This document shows, in pieces, positions 13,842 to 25,677 of a stretch of DNA of 64,000 nt. The position numbers were made by a program, and so were the translations under genes. The notes under the pieces are model-generated. The model made no database searches. It saw only the letters and a list, made by a program, of their open reading frames with translations, and was not told the DNA's origin. The DNA is from Neoechinorhynchus agilis (lineage: Eukaryota > Animalia > Acanthocephala). Where the stretch lies: assembly GCA_051530055.1 (NCBI GenBank), contig CM121341.1, forward strand, positions 5,372,784-5,436,783, given 5' to 3'. Positions within the stretch are counted from its first letter, which is position 1. Each line of letters opens with the position of its first letter.

Positions 13842-14387
13842 GTGTCATCATCGTTTACTACTACTGTTAGTCGCCGTTCATTCCGTAGAATGCTGGCTCG
13901 GTGTCTTCGGTCTCAAAACTCAACTGAGGACACAGGCATCATTCCAAGAGTGCCAAATAGTGAAAACTGTTATCTGTGCAATAAGAATAAAGCCGATGCG
14001 AGTCTCGCTTGCTGTGGAACGCCTACTTGTACAGAATGCATGGAGAAAATGAGCGCTGTATTGAACATCGTAACAAAACACAGCGGACGATTCTCGTGTC
14101 CATGCCGAAAGTGTTCTACCCTCTGGTGCTCGTCCATGGCGTACAGATCAAGTTCGGCTGAAGTAACTCAATCCGTCACTGTTAGAAACAATCAGAATCG
14201 CTCAAGCGATCTACGACGTAGGAAGAGAGTTCAAAAGTCACCGTCGTCAGCCGTTTGCTACACTCCAAGCACCGCTTCACCTCAATACTCACCTTCGTGT
14301 ACTCCAGCGCATGATCCAAAAGTCGAACTGACAAATTTTATCGCCAGAATGAGGCTGGATTTCTCTAAGGATTCCTATACTCTGTGA
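13842..14387 (+). CDS. Intronless RING-like zinc-finger protein with S/P-rich tail
   Basis: CYLC..ACCGTPTCTEC..FSCPCRKC cysteine spacing, followed by YTPSTASPQYSPS. Confidence 0.55.
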   Translation: MSSSFTTTVSRRSFRRMLARCLRSQNSTEDTGIIPRVPNSENCYLCNKNKADASLACCGTPTCTECMEKMSAVLNIVTKHSGRFSCPCRKCSTLWCSSMAYRSSSAEVTQSVTVRNNQNRSSDLRRRKRVQKSPSSAVCYTPSTASPQYSPSCTPAHDPKVELTNFIARMRLDFSKDSYTL

Positions 14388-15227
14388 GAAGTATTTAAAC
14401 AAAACTGATGGATGGGATTTCTTCACGAGAGGAAGAGCAAAATGATAGTTTTTTTATTCCTAATCAAAAAGATATTTTGTTTGCTCGAGAATAAAACTTC
14501 ACACACACAAAAAGTAATGGCATTAAAAGTCTTAGATTTGTAGAAAATCCTGATTATATGCAGAATTTGAGCAATGCGAATTTATTTCGAATTTTGAATT
14601 GTAATGACATTCAATCCCGGATAAAAGATATGAAATATTTATCGGAGGGGGAAGTTTAGCCTCATCTCTGGAGGATTATCGTGGCCACAATTCAAACTTT
14701 ATAATTCCTTAGAATTTTCCATTTCTCTATGATCAATTTTTAACGAATCAAAAGTCAAGAACGCTTATATCAAAGTGTAATTTCCCGGCTAAAAACGAAA
14801 TTGGAATTCTTAGAGGGAACTTTGACGTCCTGATTCATAGCCCTCGCTATGTAAGTCATTTTCCGTTATTAATCGATTATCGATTCGAATTGGGGGGATA
14901 TCATTTCCTTAGTAGCAGTGAACTAATCATGGCGATGAAATGAAATCGACGACCGCAAACGGATGATAATGCCGAAGATGGTCAAAGTAAATTTAAAGTT
15001 GGGCAATTTTTTTAATGCTTCAATTATAAAATACTGATTATGAATTTTTGGTTAAGCACTCCAGGACAATGCCGGGTAAACTGGCTGGGATTTTAATATT
15101 ATTAAAAGTAGTTTTTATGGATAAAATTGACCTTTCTAAATACAATTCCAAACAAAAAATTGTTGATCAGAGCGCCGCACTTTTTTCCATTTTACGACGT
15201 GGTTTTTTCGATTTAAAGAAATTATTC

Positions 15228-15500
15228 GTTATAGTTTCAGTTTCAATTAGCGATGTTTGATTCAGAAATAGATTTATCTTGAAAAAATTTCGGCCTTTTC
15301 GTTAGCCTACTTCAGTCAATCTGCAATTTAAAAGAAGCATTTTCAAATAGTTTACCCGGTGGGACTCGCAGATTGGCAACAAAGCTGACTACAACAATGC
15401 TTCTTTTAAATTGTAGATTGACTGATGAAGGCCAACGAAAAGGCCGAAAATTTTCAATATAAATCTATTTTCCGAATCAAACATCGCTAATTGAAACTAT
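15228..15500. mobile_element. Fold-back element with about 115-bp inverted arms, each with a hammerhead-like motif
   Basis: 15231-15345 is the reverse complement of 15400-15500. The right arm has CTGATGA-A-GGCC-AACGAAAA-GGCC-GAAA at 15422-15449. Confidence 0.8.
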
Positions 15501-16154
15501 AAGTTAATTCCATTGTCTATATCGATAGATAGCAACTATTTTAGATTAGACTAATTATAATTGCCGAATTTATCGAGTATTCTTCCAATTGTGATGCTCA
15601 CTGTAACCGAAAATTCATAGAATAATTTTTGGTTTATGATATAAAAAAGGTTTTAGTAATCGACTTGAGTGTTCGATTCGAGTTTCACCTGAAGGTTATT
15701 ATCATGGCAAAAAACTCCACAGATCATATTGATTTAATGATTTTCTATAACGATTCAAAATAAAGCACCCGAGTTAATGCTCGGAATGAGCTCTCTTTTT
15801 TGAAAAAATATCGTCTGCTCAAATGAGTATCATATTGAAGCTTTTATTCTGAATAATCATTGATTCTAAACAACGAAACTCGGACTCCTAAACGAGTGGA
15901 TTGCAAAGCGTTTTTAGAGAAAAACTAACAGTTCAATTGTCGATATGACATTAAACTTGCGAAAAAAAACTAGAAAAATGATTAACCGGGTGAAGACTTC
16001 TTAAAAATAATTCTAGCAGTTAAATTGACCAGAAGACGTCAATAACGAACGCTGCAAATGCTGCCATCGGATATTTGTTTCAGGTAATTTCTCGCCAGAA
16101 AAACCCTCAAGGAATTGTAAGAAATCAGTCAAAAACATTTTTCCAGTAGAAATC

Positions 16155-16300
16155 TTTGAAGATTGAACTGTTCATATTGGTTTTTTATGGCGAAGAAATT
16201 AAAATGATTTTATTTTAAAATCTGATATTTCGGCCAAACAACCTTGATTTGAAAATAAAATCATTTTAATTTCTTCGCCGTAAAAAACCAATATTTTTTT
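16155..16300. mobile_element. Palindromic MITE-like family member (tgaagattgaactg..aaattaaaatgattttattttaaaatctga)
   Basis: Internal palindrome. Related copies at about 33548-33700, 49290-49370 and 57945-58180. Confidence 0.7.
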
Positions 16301-16379
16301 GTCTCCGTAGGAAAATGATAAATTTTCGAATGATAAAAAAGTATTTACAAACATTCATGCCACCGCCTTTCTGGATCAC

Positions 16380-16900
16380 TCAAAGTGTCGTCCGGGTGTA
16401 ATGGTCGAAAGGACGGATGCAGCGTTCCCTCCCCGTTATAGGGGCAGACTTATGTTTTGTAGGAGGAATGCTAATGATCTCGGATCGTCAGTGATTCGTC
16501 TCAATCTCTTGAACAATCGATTGACCAGGTCCTAAGCCGCGGTACCAAACGACCCAAATGTCTCGACACCAAAGGGAACAAAATAATGATTTCGACTCAA
16601 GTCGAAGTATTTTGTCTTTTGCGAAATGCTTCTGGTGTGTGATCTCTAATTACTTCGAACAAATCTGATCTGTGAACTGTGTTGAAAGCACTTTTAAAAT
16701 CACATCTCAAGATCAGGCACGGTTTTGAGTTTCCGGTGATGAACGTGGGGAGTTGAGTCGGACGAAGCAGTATTCCTACTTTTTTCGCGATCCTTTTATT
16801 TATGGAACGAATCCCATTTTCATTTTTTTTCCACAATTTCACACAGCGATGCGCCGAAAAATAGCTCAATTGCTTTCGGAATCAACTCTCCCCCTGCGAA
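16380..16900 (-). mobile_element. Internally deleted CRE-clade element, same family as 190-1420
   Basis: RT motif GIRSI..LRPTQL..LRCDFKSAFNTVHR is joined directly to the endonuclease tail (KYFDLSRNHYFVPFGVETFG). 16380-16615 is a near-identical inverse of 1182-1410. Confidence 0.85.
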
Positions 16901-17199
16901 TTGGTTGACTAGGCGTGCCAATGCATCCTCAAGGACTGAGCAGCGTCACGTACTGTGGGGCCAGAGCCCAACAAGCCCGTGAGCTGATCCGTTAGCCAAA
17001 GAGGAGATTGCCACCTTCAATTCTGATTTCGATGATAAAACATAAAGGATAGTACCGAAGGAGACGGAATTAACGAAAAACTGCCGACCGTCGTAACTCA
17101 GATGTTCGGAATCCGAAAGAAACACGACGACCGAGTACGTAATAGCGATTGTAGACGTTTAATGTTGAGAGTTCAAGATAAAATTATTGATTTTAATCG

Positions 17200-17768
17200 A
17201 TGAATACCAATCTTAAAGGTGATGCAGACATGCAAAATACTTTTAAGCTCCTTGACGCGCTTCAGGATACAATTGGACGGAGTCTTCTTTTGTCCAGTAA
17301 GTGCGTTTAATGTAGAATGTTTTTAAACGAAAAACTCCAGTCGATTTATTCAAATTATTCGCTGACGCAAACGGGACGATAGACAGCCGGAAATCTCAAG
17401 TGAGTGTTTAATTGCCTAGATTTGATTTCTTAGTGACCAACAGGGTTTGGTACAGAGGCTCCTTTCGTCCATTCAAGAAATTGATGATAATCTGTGTTCT
17501 CACTTTCAAAAACTCAGTCTTACAACTAAAGGTAGGCATTGAGAAAATTATGGTTGAATTAATCTTGTTAGCTGATCAACACGACGGCGCGATCAATCAA
17601 GTATCGATGGTCAACGACATCGTTAACAATTATTCTGATCACATTGTTGAACGAATGGAATGCATGGAAAATGATAACGAATTCACTGATGCCGCCGCAA
17701 AAATCAGTTCATTGAAAAGCCGCTTGGACTATGATCTTTTAAGCCGGTATTGTTCATCATCGCGTTAA
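17200..17768 (+). CDS. Small 4-exon protein, possibly Mediator subunit 30-like
   Basis: Three short GT-AG introns give a 146-aa ORF. LQDTIGRSLLLSIDLFKLF..LLSSIQEIDDNLCSHFQKLSL weakly resembles MED30. Confidence 0.45.
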
Positions 17769-17939
17769 GAGAGATAATTTAAAAAGATAGATTGTATTCG
17801 AATTCTTTACAATGTTCAACACAAAAATCACCAAATACGCAGTTTTTTAACACAAATAATTAGTCGGTTTCGATTGAACTGCTCGAATTAGACTTTCTTA
17901 ATATTCTAATTCGCATTTTAATTGTTTGCGTTGCATAAT

Positions 17940-19020
17940 GGAAAATTTATTCCATAAGAAAATCCTGAATCTTGAATCGATTTTTTAGTGCATTTCATTA
18001 ATGTATTTAGTAAAGAATTGGAAAATTATCTCATAAGAAAATCCTAAATCTTGAATCGATTTTTTAGTGAATTTCATTAATACGCACGCTGATTCGAGCA
18101 ATTGCAATTAAGAGCCTAGAAATATTCCGGGTACTTTTAGGCATTAGAAGCAAGGTTAATTAAATCATTTTTTGTGTTAATAAAAGAAACCGAGAGAGTT
18201 TGGGATACACGATAATGTGATAAAACGGATAATTTTTTTGATAATGAATACGAAAATTTATCTCATAAGAAAATCCTAAATCTTGAATCGATTTTTTAGT
18301 GAATTTCATTAATACGCACGCTGATTCGAGCAATTGCAATTAAGAGCCTAGAAATATTCCGGGTACTTTTAGGCATTAGAAGCAAGGTTAATTAAATCAT
18401 TTTTTGTGTGAATAAAGGAAACCGAGAGAGTTTGGGATACAGATAATGGATAAAAGGATATTTTTTGATAATGAATACGAAAATTTATCTTGTGGTTTTT
18501 GTTTTTGGTGTTGTTTGGTGTATTGGGTACTTTTAGGCATTAGAAGCAAGGTTAATTAAATCATTTTTTGTGTGAATAAAGGAAACCGAGAGAGTTTGGG
18601 ATACATGATAATGCGATAAAAAGGATCATTTTTTGATAATGAATACGAAAATTTATCTAATAAGAAAATCCTAAATCTTGAATCGATTTTTTAGTGAATT
18701 TCATTAATACGCACGCTGATTCGATGAATTATAATTAAGAGATTAGGAATATTTTGGGTACTTTTAGGCATTAGAAGCAAGGTTAATTAAATCATTTTTT
18801 GTGTGACTAAAGGAAACCGAGAGAGTTTGGGATACACGATAATGTGATAAAAAGGATCATTTTTTGATAATGAATACGAAAATTTATCTAATAAGAAAAT
18901 CCAACACCCGAACCGATTTTTCAGCACATTTCACTAATCTGCACGCTGATTGGCTGAAATATAATTAAGAGCCTAGAAATATTTTGGGTAGTTTTAGGCA
19001 TCAGAAACAAGCTGAACAAA
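17940..19020. repeat. Tandem array of about 229-bp units, about 4.5 copies
   Basis: Repeated gaaaatttatctcataagaaaatcctaaatcttgaatcg..gggtacttttaggcattagaagc. Confidence 0.92.
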
Positions 19021-19058
19021 ATCATTTTTGGTGCAACCAACTTATTTAAACTGCCACA

Positions 19059-19766
19059 ATGAAGCAATATTTTGCGAGCGAATGTTTACAGGATTTCAAG
19101 TATCTTCAATACGTGTTGGCGTCATTCCAATTATCGAGATGTTCGTTAAACATTCCACAAGTTCAACCTCTTCCGCAAGTGAGCAAGCGGATCCAAATGC
19201 GTTTACCAATCATTCCTCGTCCGGAGTACTTCGACAATCTGGTTAGATCCCAGATCGAAAGTGGTCAACTTTATCTCAAAGAAACAAATTTAAATATAAA
19301 AGAGGAAAAATGCAAGAGCAGAAATAATTCGGTCAATTTCGTAAGAGAGCCTTATAATTTACGATCAGGAGTAAAACGAAGAAGCGACTTGCTTGAATTC
19401 AAAGAAAATTCAAATTCAACTGCTAAAAGGAGAAAAATTCGAAAAAATAAAACTACAACGTTGTATGAATCAAGCAATATTTCGATTGCTCCTGCAACCA
19501 ACAAGACTAAAACGGAGCGATTGGATTTCAACCTTCTTGGTCCACTTCACCGAGAATGCAAATATAGATGTTCAAAATGCCCGAAATGCAGACGACCGGC
19601 TTTGGAAGAAATTAATTATCAACGGGGCCAATGCGGTTACAGATCGTGTGGATTTGAATATTGCAATTTATGCTGGCAAAAGTACCATCCCTGCCAGCCA
19701 TGCATTGATGGCTTCAATCAAGACGATTTTAAGAATTGTAAAAAGGGACGTCTTGGAAGATGCTAA
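19059..19766 (+). CDS. Emi1/Rca1 (FBXO5/FBXO43)-like APC/C inhibitor with C-terminal zinc-binding region
   Basis: CPKCRRPA..QRGQCGYRSCGFEYCNLCWQKYHPCQPC and a basic KKGRL tail match the Emi1 ZBR and RL tail. Confidence 0.7.
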   Translation: MKQYFASECLQDFKYLQYVLASFQLSRCSLNIPQVQPLPQVSKRIQMRLPIIPRPEYFDNLVRSQIESGQLYLKETNLNIKEEKCKSRNNSVNFVREPYNLRSGVKRRSDLLEFKENSNSTAKRRKIRKNKTTTLYESSNISIAPATNKTKTERLDFNLLGPLHRECKYRCSKCPKCRRPALEEINYQRGQCGYRSCGFEYCNLCWQKYHPCQPCIDGFNQDDFKNCKKGRLGRC

Positions 19767-20448
19767 ACAAAGATTTTTTTAAGACTTTTTTTGTACAAAT
19801 TTGGTTTATTACTACGTCGATTGGGTAAAATTTACGTATTTAATTTTCTTGCAGTCGATAGATTGAACAATTTTCTCATATCCTAATAGCCGCTCTCAAA
19901 TTTTCAAGCTATACGAATTAAAAAACTTGTAAAGTACAAAAAGGATGCGAACCGACTGTGAAATCACAATGAGTTCTTTAATTAGTTACAGATTATCTTC
20001 CATTATTGTTCTCTACGAATATTTTATAATAAAATAAATTAAGATAAAAGAGTCACGGAGGAATCTTGAGATGTGTTTTGACTCTATTAAGCAGTAAAAA
20101 AACACCATTTAGTTCAGTTTGGAATCGTTTATAGGCCTTCTCGATGTCGGTAATCGCTTCGAATTATCGTTTTAGATTTTTTTTGAAAAATAATACTCAC
20201 GATTTGCCGATTAGGACCTACGAATCGTGTACAATGCAAAAAACAACTTTATAAGGCAATTTATCAATCAGAGTAAATTGTTTAAATGAAAATAGGCAAT
20301 GTAGAAGATAACTGTCAACAAAATGGAGTGATTTTGCTACCTCTTGATTTATAAACACCACAACGAAACAGTTGTTTGCTGACCTAAAATTACGGTAAAA
20401 GGAAGTGAAACTTTCTCGAAGAAACATAATTAACTCAACGGTCACGAA

Positions 20449-21455
20449 ATGATTTGGCAATCATCATTTTCTTCTATGGTTGATTCGGTTCAAAGGACTA
20501 TCGAAGAACGTTCCTTTTGGCTAATGTATTTAATAATTCCGATCATTACGCTATTGGAGAACTCGTTTGAATCGATACTTGTGGAATACGTACGAATTTG
20601 GAGATGTTCATTTGAACTTTCAAGAACACCAATCACATTATTCACGATTTTACACAATGTAATCACTTCAATTTCGTATTTTACACTGCAAAACCGATCT
20701 CATGGAATCACTTTTCTTAAGTTAATTTGGAACTTATTGAAAGAAACAAAACCGACCATTGAAACAATTATGTATCTTCTACACGATAAGCTTCTTTTTA
20801 TACCAAGAAGTCCTGAAGATGCGGCTATCTTTTTAGTATGCTGTCAACTAAAGATCCTTGCAGTGTCCGTAATTATTAGAAATCTAAATTTGAACGTTGT
20901 TGTAGTTCATAACTGGCTTATCTTGATTGGCTTCTGTGATTGACGTACACAATCCAGAATCCATTTGATATTTTAACTCACATATTTGCAGGAATGGCAA
21001 TGTTCGAGATTTATTCAGCAGCCGTGAGTATTGATAGGACAATAGTTTTGATGGCGATAGCTTGCGATTGCATTCTCATAGATACGTTACAAATCTTCAT
21101 TGATAAGTTCACGTCCTACTCTAGTGGGATACGAGCTCGTATCATCGAATTCGTCGTTCATTCATTGATTGGCGTTGCAATCTTATTTATATCTTATGAC
21201 CTAGGTCTCGTCCGAGCCTTGGGATTTAGGTCTAGCTGTGAGTACGTCGTCTTTGTTCAAATCATGGGAGCTCCAATTATTTCCATTGCGTTTAATCCGA
21301 CCGCCAATGAAGTGATTAATGAACATTTCATACGGGCAATGTCTCTAATGTGTTCAGCAACGATTGCAATCATTTTCCCCGATGATCCTACCAATTTCAA
21401 ATCAAAATGGAATTTACTGTGTTATTCATATTCGGTGTCTTACGCTCTGGAATAA
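20449..21455 (+). CDS. Unknown multi-pass membrane protein, two ORFs joined by an intron near 20862-20957
   Basis: Two long hydrophobic ORFs in different frames. A GT-AG intron 20863-20957 joins them in frame. Confidence 0.55.
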
Positions 21456-21547
21456 AACAAGATTTTATCCATGTTTTGTGGCGTTGAACCATCAAACTTT
21501 TATTTGCCTTAAAATAGATTAATCAAATTCCTTTTTTTATGTATACA

Positions 21548-22150
21548 TCACGACAAAAACCATGGATCCCAATTCTTTAAAATTCTCTTCGGGAAAACAA
21601 ACATAATCGAAGGAAGCTTTTTTAGAATGTTAGTATAAAGAATGTGTTTGTTTAAATGACCATTTTTTGCCAAGTTAAAAAATCTAACTTTGAACATTAC
21701 CGAGCAGGAATTTTTGTTTGTCCTGAGGAGAGGTTGGGCGACCTTTTTATAAGTATCCATCAAAAATGAATCGGCAAATAATTGAAAAAACCCATTTTTA
21801 AAAGTTCTTAAGCATGATTGCATGTATTTTCGAGGTAGAGGAGATTAGGCGTTCGAAATAATTGTGAAAAAAGAGTTCACCTCTCAAAATCTGTACTATT
21901 GAATCGTGGACAATTTAGAAGTGAGTTGTGCATTTCGTCTTTCATCCGAGTCTTTTATTTTTCTTGCAACAGAGATTTGTCTCGAAGCTCCAGTTTTCGT
22001 TCTAGATAGTTTCGAATCCAGACTAACCAAATCTGTTATTTTTAACCTCATTTCTAGGACTTTAGATGGATTCGGGTGCAGTTGTGGTACATTGTAACCT
22101 TTATTAAAATGTAAGACTCTATAAAATGCGTAGCAAAAAAGCTGAATCAT
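21548..22150 (-). CDS. Possible unknown small protein, at least 2 exons
   Basis: Adjacent 84-aa and 91-aa ORFs separated by about 75 nt. No recognised family. Confidence 0.3.
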
Positions 22151-22214
22151 CTGTCGCCCTTATTTTAAAACAAGCTACACAATGTTTCACCAAAGTGTTA
22201 ACAACTAAAGAAAT

Positions 22215-25200
22215 ATGGAAGGTATTTTCTCACTGTGATGTTCAAAAAAGCTAAAAAAACAATGCAGGTAAATTTCCTGGGATGCTTTTTTCGTACAGAA
22301 TGTTCATAAGCATCTTATCATTGATTAATGTATCAATCATGTTTGCCGAGAAAAATGGGTTCTTCTATGCTATTCGATTTATGCGGTGCAATGGAAACGA
22401 AACTCCCGTTGAAACAAACTCTTCTAAGGTACGCCAACGAATCCGGCAATCTTTGAGAGAAAATCCTTCGGGATGATAAAATTAGAATTGTAGTGAAGAT
22501 ATTCGCCCGGTTAAAACGTATTTTATTGCTTCAAAATATTTTTTAGCTATAAAATACCTTTCAACCGAGCGAGTATATTTTTGAACATTGTGGTGTGAAT
22601 ATTCTCTATACGGCGAGTTTTTCCATCCTCGAGATTTATTTGCATGTTTACCAATAAATTTGGAGGAGGGAAAAACTCGCTGTATAGAGAAAATGAACCC
22701 CTCGAAGGAAAAACTCGATCGAATTGTGGTGAATATTCTCTATACGGCGAGTTTTTCCATCCTCGAGATTTATTTGCATGTTTACAAATAAATTTGGAGG
22801 GGGGAAAACTCGCTGTATAGAGAAAATGAACCCCTCGAAGGAAAAACTCGATCGAATTGTGGTGAATATTCTCTATACGGCGAGTTTTTCCATCCTCGAG
22901 ATTTATTTGCATGTTTACAAATAAATCTCGAGGGGGAAAAACTCGCCGTATAGAGAAAATGAACCCCTCGAAGGAAAAACTCGATCGAATTGTGGTGAAT
23001 ATTCTCTATACGGCGAGTTTTTCCATCCTCGAGATTTATTTGCATGTTTACAAATAAATCTCGAGGAGGAAAAAACTCGCTATGTAGAGAAAAAGAACCC
23101 CTCGAAGGAGAACCTCCATCGAATTGTTGCGAATATTCTCTATACGGCGAGTTTTTCCAACCTCGAGATTTATTTGCATGTTTACAAATAAATCTCGAGG
23201 AGGGAAAAACTCGCTGTATAGAGAAAATGAACCCCTCGAAGGAAAAACTCGATCGAATCGTGGTGAATATTCTCTATACGGCGAGTTTTTCCATCCTCGA
23301 GATTTATTTGCATGTTTACAAATAAATCTCGAGGAGGGAAAAACTCGCTGTATAGAGAAAATGAACTCCTCGAAGGAAAAACTCGATCGAATTGTGGTGA
23401 CTATTCTCTATACGGCGAGTTTTTCCATCCTCGAGATTTATTTGCATGTTTACAAATAAATTTGGAGGAGGTAAAAACTCGCTGTATAGAGAAAATGAAC
23501 CCCTCGAAGGAAAAACTCGATCGAATTGTGGTGAATATTCTCTATACGGCGAGTTTTCCCATCCTCGAGATTTATTTGCATGTTTACAAATAAATCTCGA
23601 GGAGGGAAAAACTCGCTGTATAGAGAAAATGAACCCCTCGAAGGAAAAACTCGATCTAACTGTGGTGAATATTCTCAGTCGGTTAGAAATCATTTTGTTG
23701 TGTGGAAACCTCGTTTTATCACGAACTCACATATTTATAAAAAATTGACGAGGCGAGATTTCCTCTCTTTTCGGAATATTTCGCAAACAATGATTTTTAA
23801 CTGGCGCCACACAAGTCAAAATTAACCATCCCGAAATGGATTTTCTCTCGATATGATTAGCAATTTAAATTGTCGAATCGACTGATCATTTAAGAGTTTT
23901 ACTTGTTACGACTGGTCCGATAATGTGAACTCAACACTCATTGGAATGGTGTTCATTGGATACGCTATTTCTCAAATATTTTCAGGATGGCTGACGAAGA
24001 AAATGGGCATTAAACTCGCAGTGATAACAGCACAAATCGTTGTCTTTATAACCACTGCAATAATCCCATTGGCTGCGCAAGTTTCCTGGATTTTTCTTGC
24101 GGTCGTGAGATTTATTACCGGATTCGCTAAAGTTAAGACTCTTCGGTGTTCGTGGTTACATTTGAACATTTTAAAGGGATTCATTTGGCCTTTCGTTTTG
24201 ATGACAGTTTCGTATTGGTCTCCGGAAACTGAAAGAGGTATTCATTTAGGAATAATGAGTTCGGGTTCGTTTTTTTTCAAATAACCGATAATTTAATTTG
24301 TAAATTCAAGGTATATGTGTTGGCCCTTTTATAGCGGTGATCTTATCTGGGCCGTTATGCGAATTAAAAACGCCAACATCTTCATCGTATGACTATTTAG
24401 TTCAGGGATGGTCAATTTATTATTACGTTTTGTGTAAGATTTTTTTAATGGTGATCAAAAATGTTAATTTTTTTCCATTAGCTCTAATGGGGCTCATTGT
24501 TATTGTGTTGGATATTGTATTTTATTCGAGCGATCCGGAAACTAATCGATTCATTTCTCTAAAAGAGAAAAACTACATCCGATCTCATAAAATCGGAAGA
24601 CCGACTCATGAAAATAAACAATTGGTATAAATATTAGTGGAAATCTTTTTGTAAATCGCTTTGATAAACATATTCTTTACTTCGGGATACCCAATCCTTT
24701 GACGGTTCTCTAATGTCTCAATTTTAGCGAGTGCCATACAAGCAAATCCTTTTTTCCCGGGCATTTTTTGGATTTAACGCTGGAATTGTTTTATCGGACG
24801 TTGGTCTTTTTGCGACATGGACAATCATCCCGGAGTATATCAGAGAAACGTTTGGATCAACAAATGCAACGGTTACACGGAAATCACACACCCACACACT
24901 TCGTTAATTTCGAAATATTTAGTCGTTGGCTTTATCGATACCTTATTTGATAAACCTAATTGCTACCATCGCGTCGGGATCTCTATCGACACATTTAATA
25001 AACAAAGGAATCTTGAGTAGGACTGCATCAACGAAGATATTCCATTCCACTGGTCAGTGTTCATCGTCTAACGCTTCCATTGAAGATTTTATTCGTAGGA
25101 TGCATTGTGGCGGCACTATGCCTATTTCCGATTCCATATCTAAATGTAAATCAAATAGCACTCGTCGGTCTATGCTTATCGCTCGGTTTCGGCTTTCAGT

Positions 25201-25632
25201 AAACATTTTCCTCCTAAATAATCCTTAGTTAAAATGATTTAAGTGGTATCATCATTGGAGCTGGATTTCAGCTGAATTGTAGCGACTTCGCTGGAGTTTT
25301 TGCAGGAGTCGTGTTCACTCTTGGTAATGTGCTATCGAACTCCGTTGGTGCCACACTTAGTTATCTTACTAACGTTATTAAAGGTGCAGCCGTAAGTATT
25401 TATAAGCGAATTTTTTTTAATCAAAAACATTGTTCGTCTAAAGGTAGCCGGGGAAAATGGATGGAGAAACGTATTATACGCATTTTCAGGGGCGTACTTT
25501 TTGAGTGCTTTGTTATTTTCAGTATTTGCAAGTGGACAATTACAGTCCTGGGCTTTTGTAAAGGATAACTACGTTGAACAAGAAGAAATCAGCTTAAATG
25601 AACAATTAAATAATGAAGTAAGCTATGAGTAA
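22215..25632 (+). CDS. SLC17 (sialin/VGLUT-like) MFS anion transporter, about 10 exons
   Basis: YDWS..LIGMVFIGYAISQIFSGWL, RFITGFAKGFIWP, WSPETERG, RVPYKQILFS, WRNVLY and FASGQLQSWA. All introns are GT-AG, and intron 2 holds the 134-bp satellite. Confidence 0.88.
22575..23680. repeat. Intronic satellite, 134-bp monomer containing a roughly 90-nt palindrome, about 8 copies
   Basis: ORF starts recur at 134-bp spacing. Arms ttctctatacggcgagtttttccatcctcgagatttatttg / caaataaatctcgaggagggaaaaactcgctgtatagagaa. Confidence 0.97.
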
Positions 25633-25677
25633 CCTTAACTGCAATAAAAAGAGAATTTCTCTGTTTATTTTTTGATA

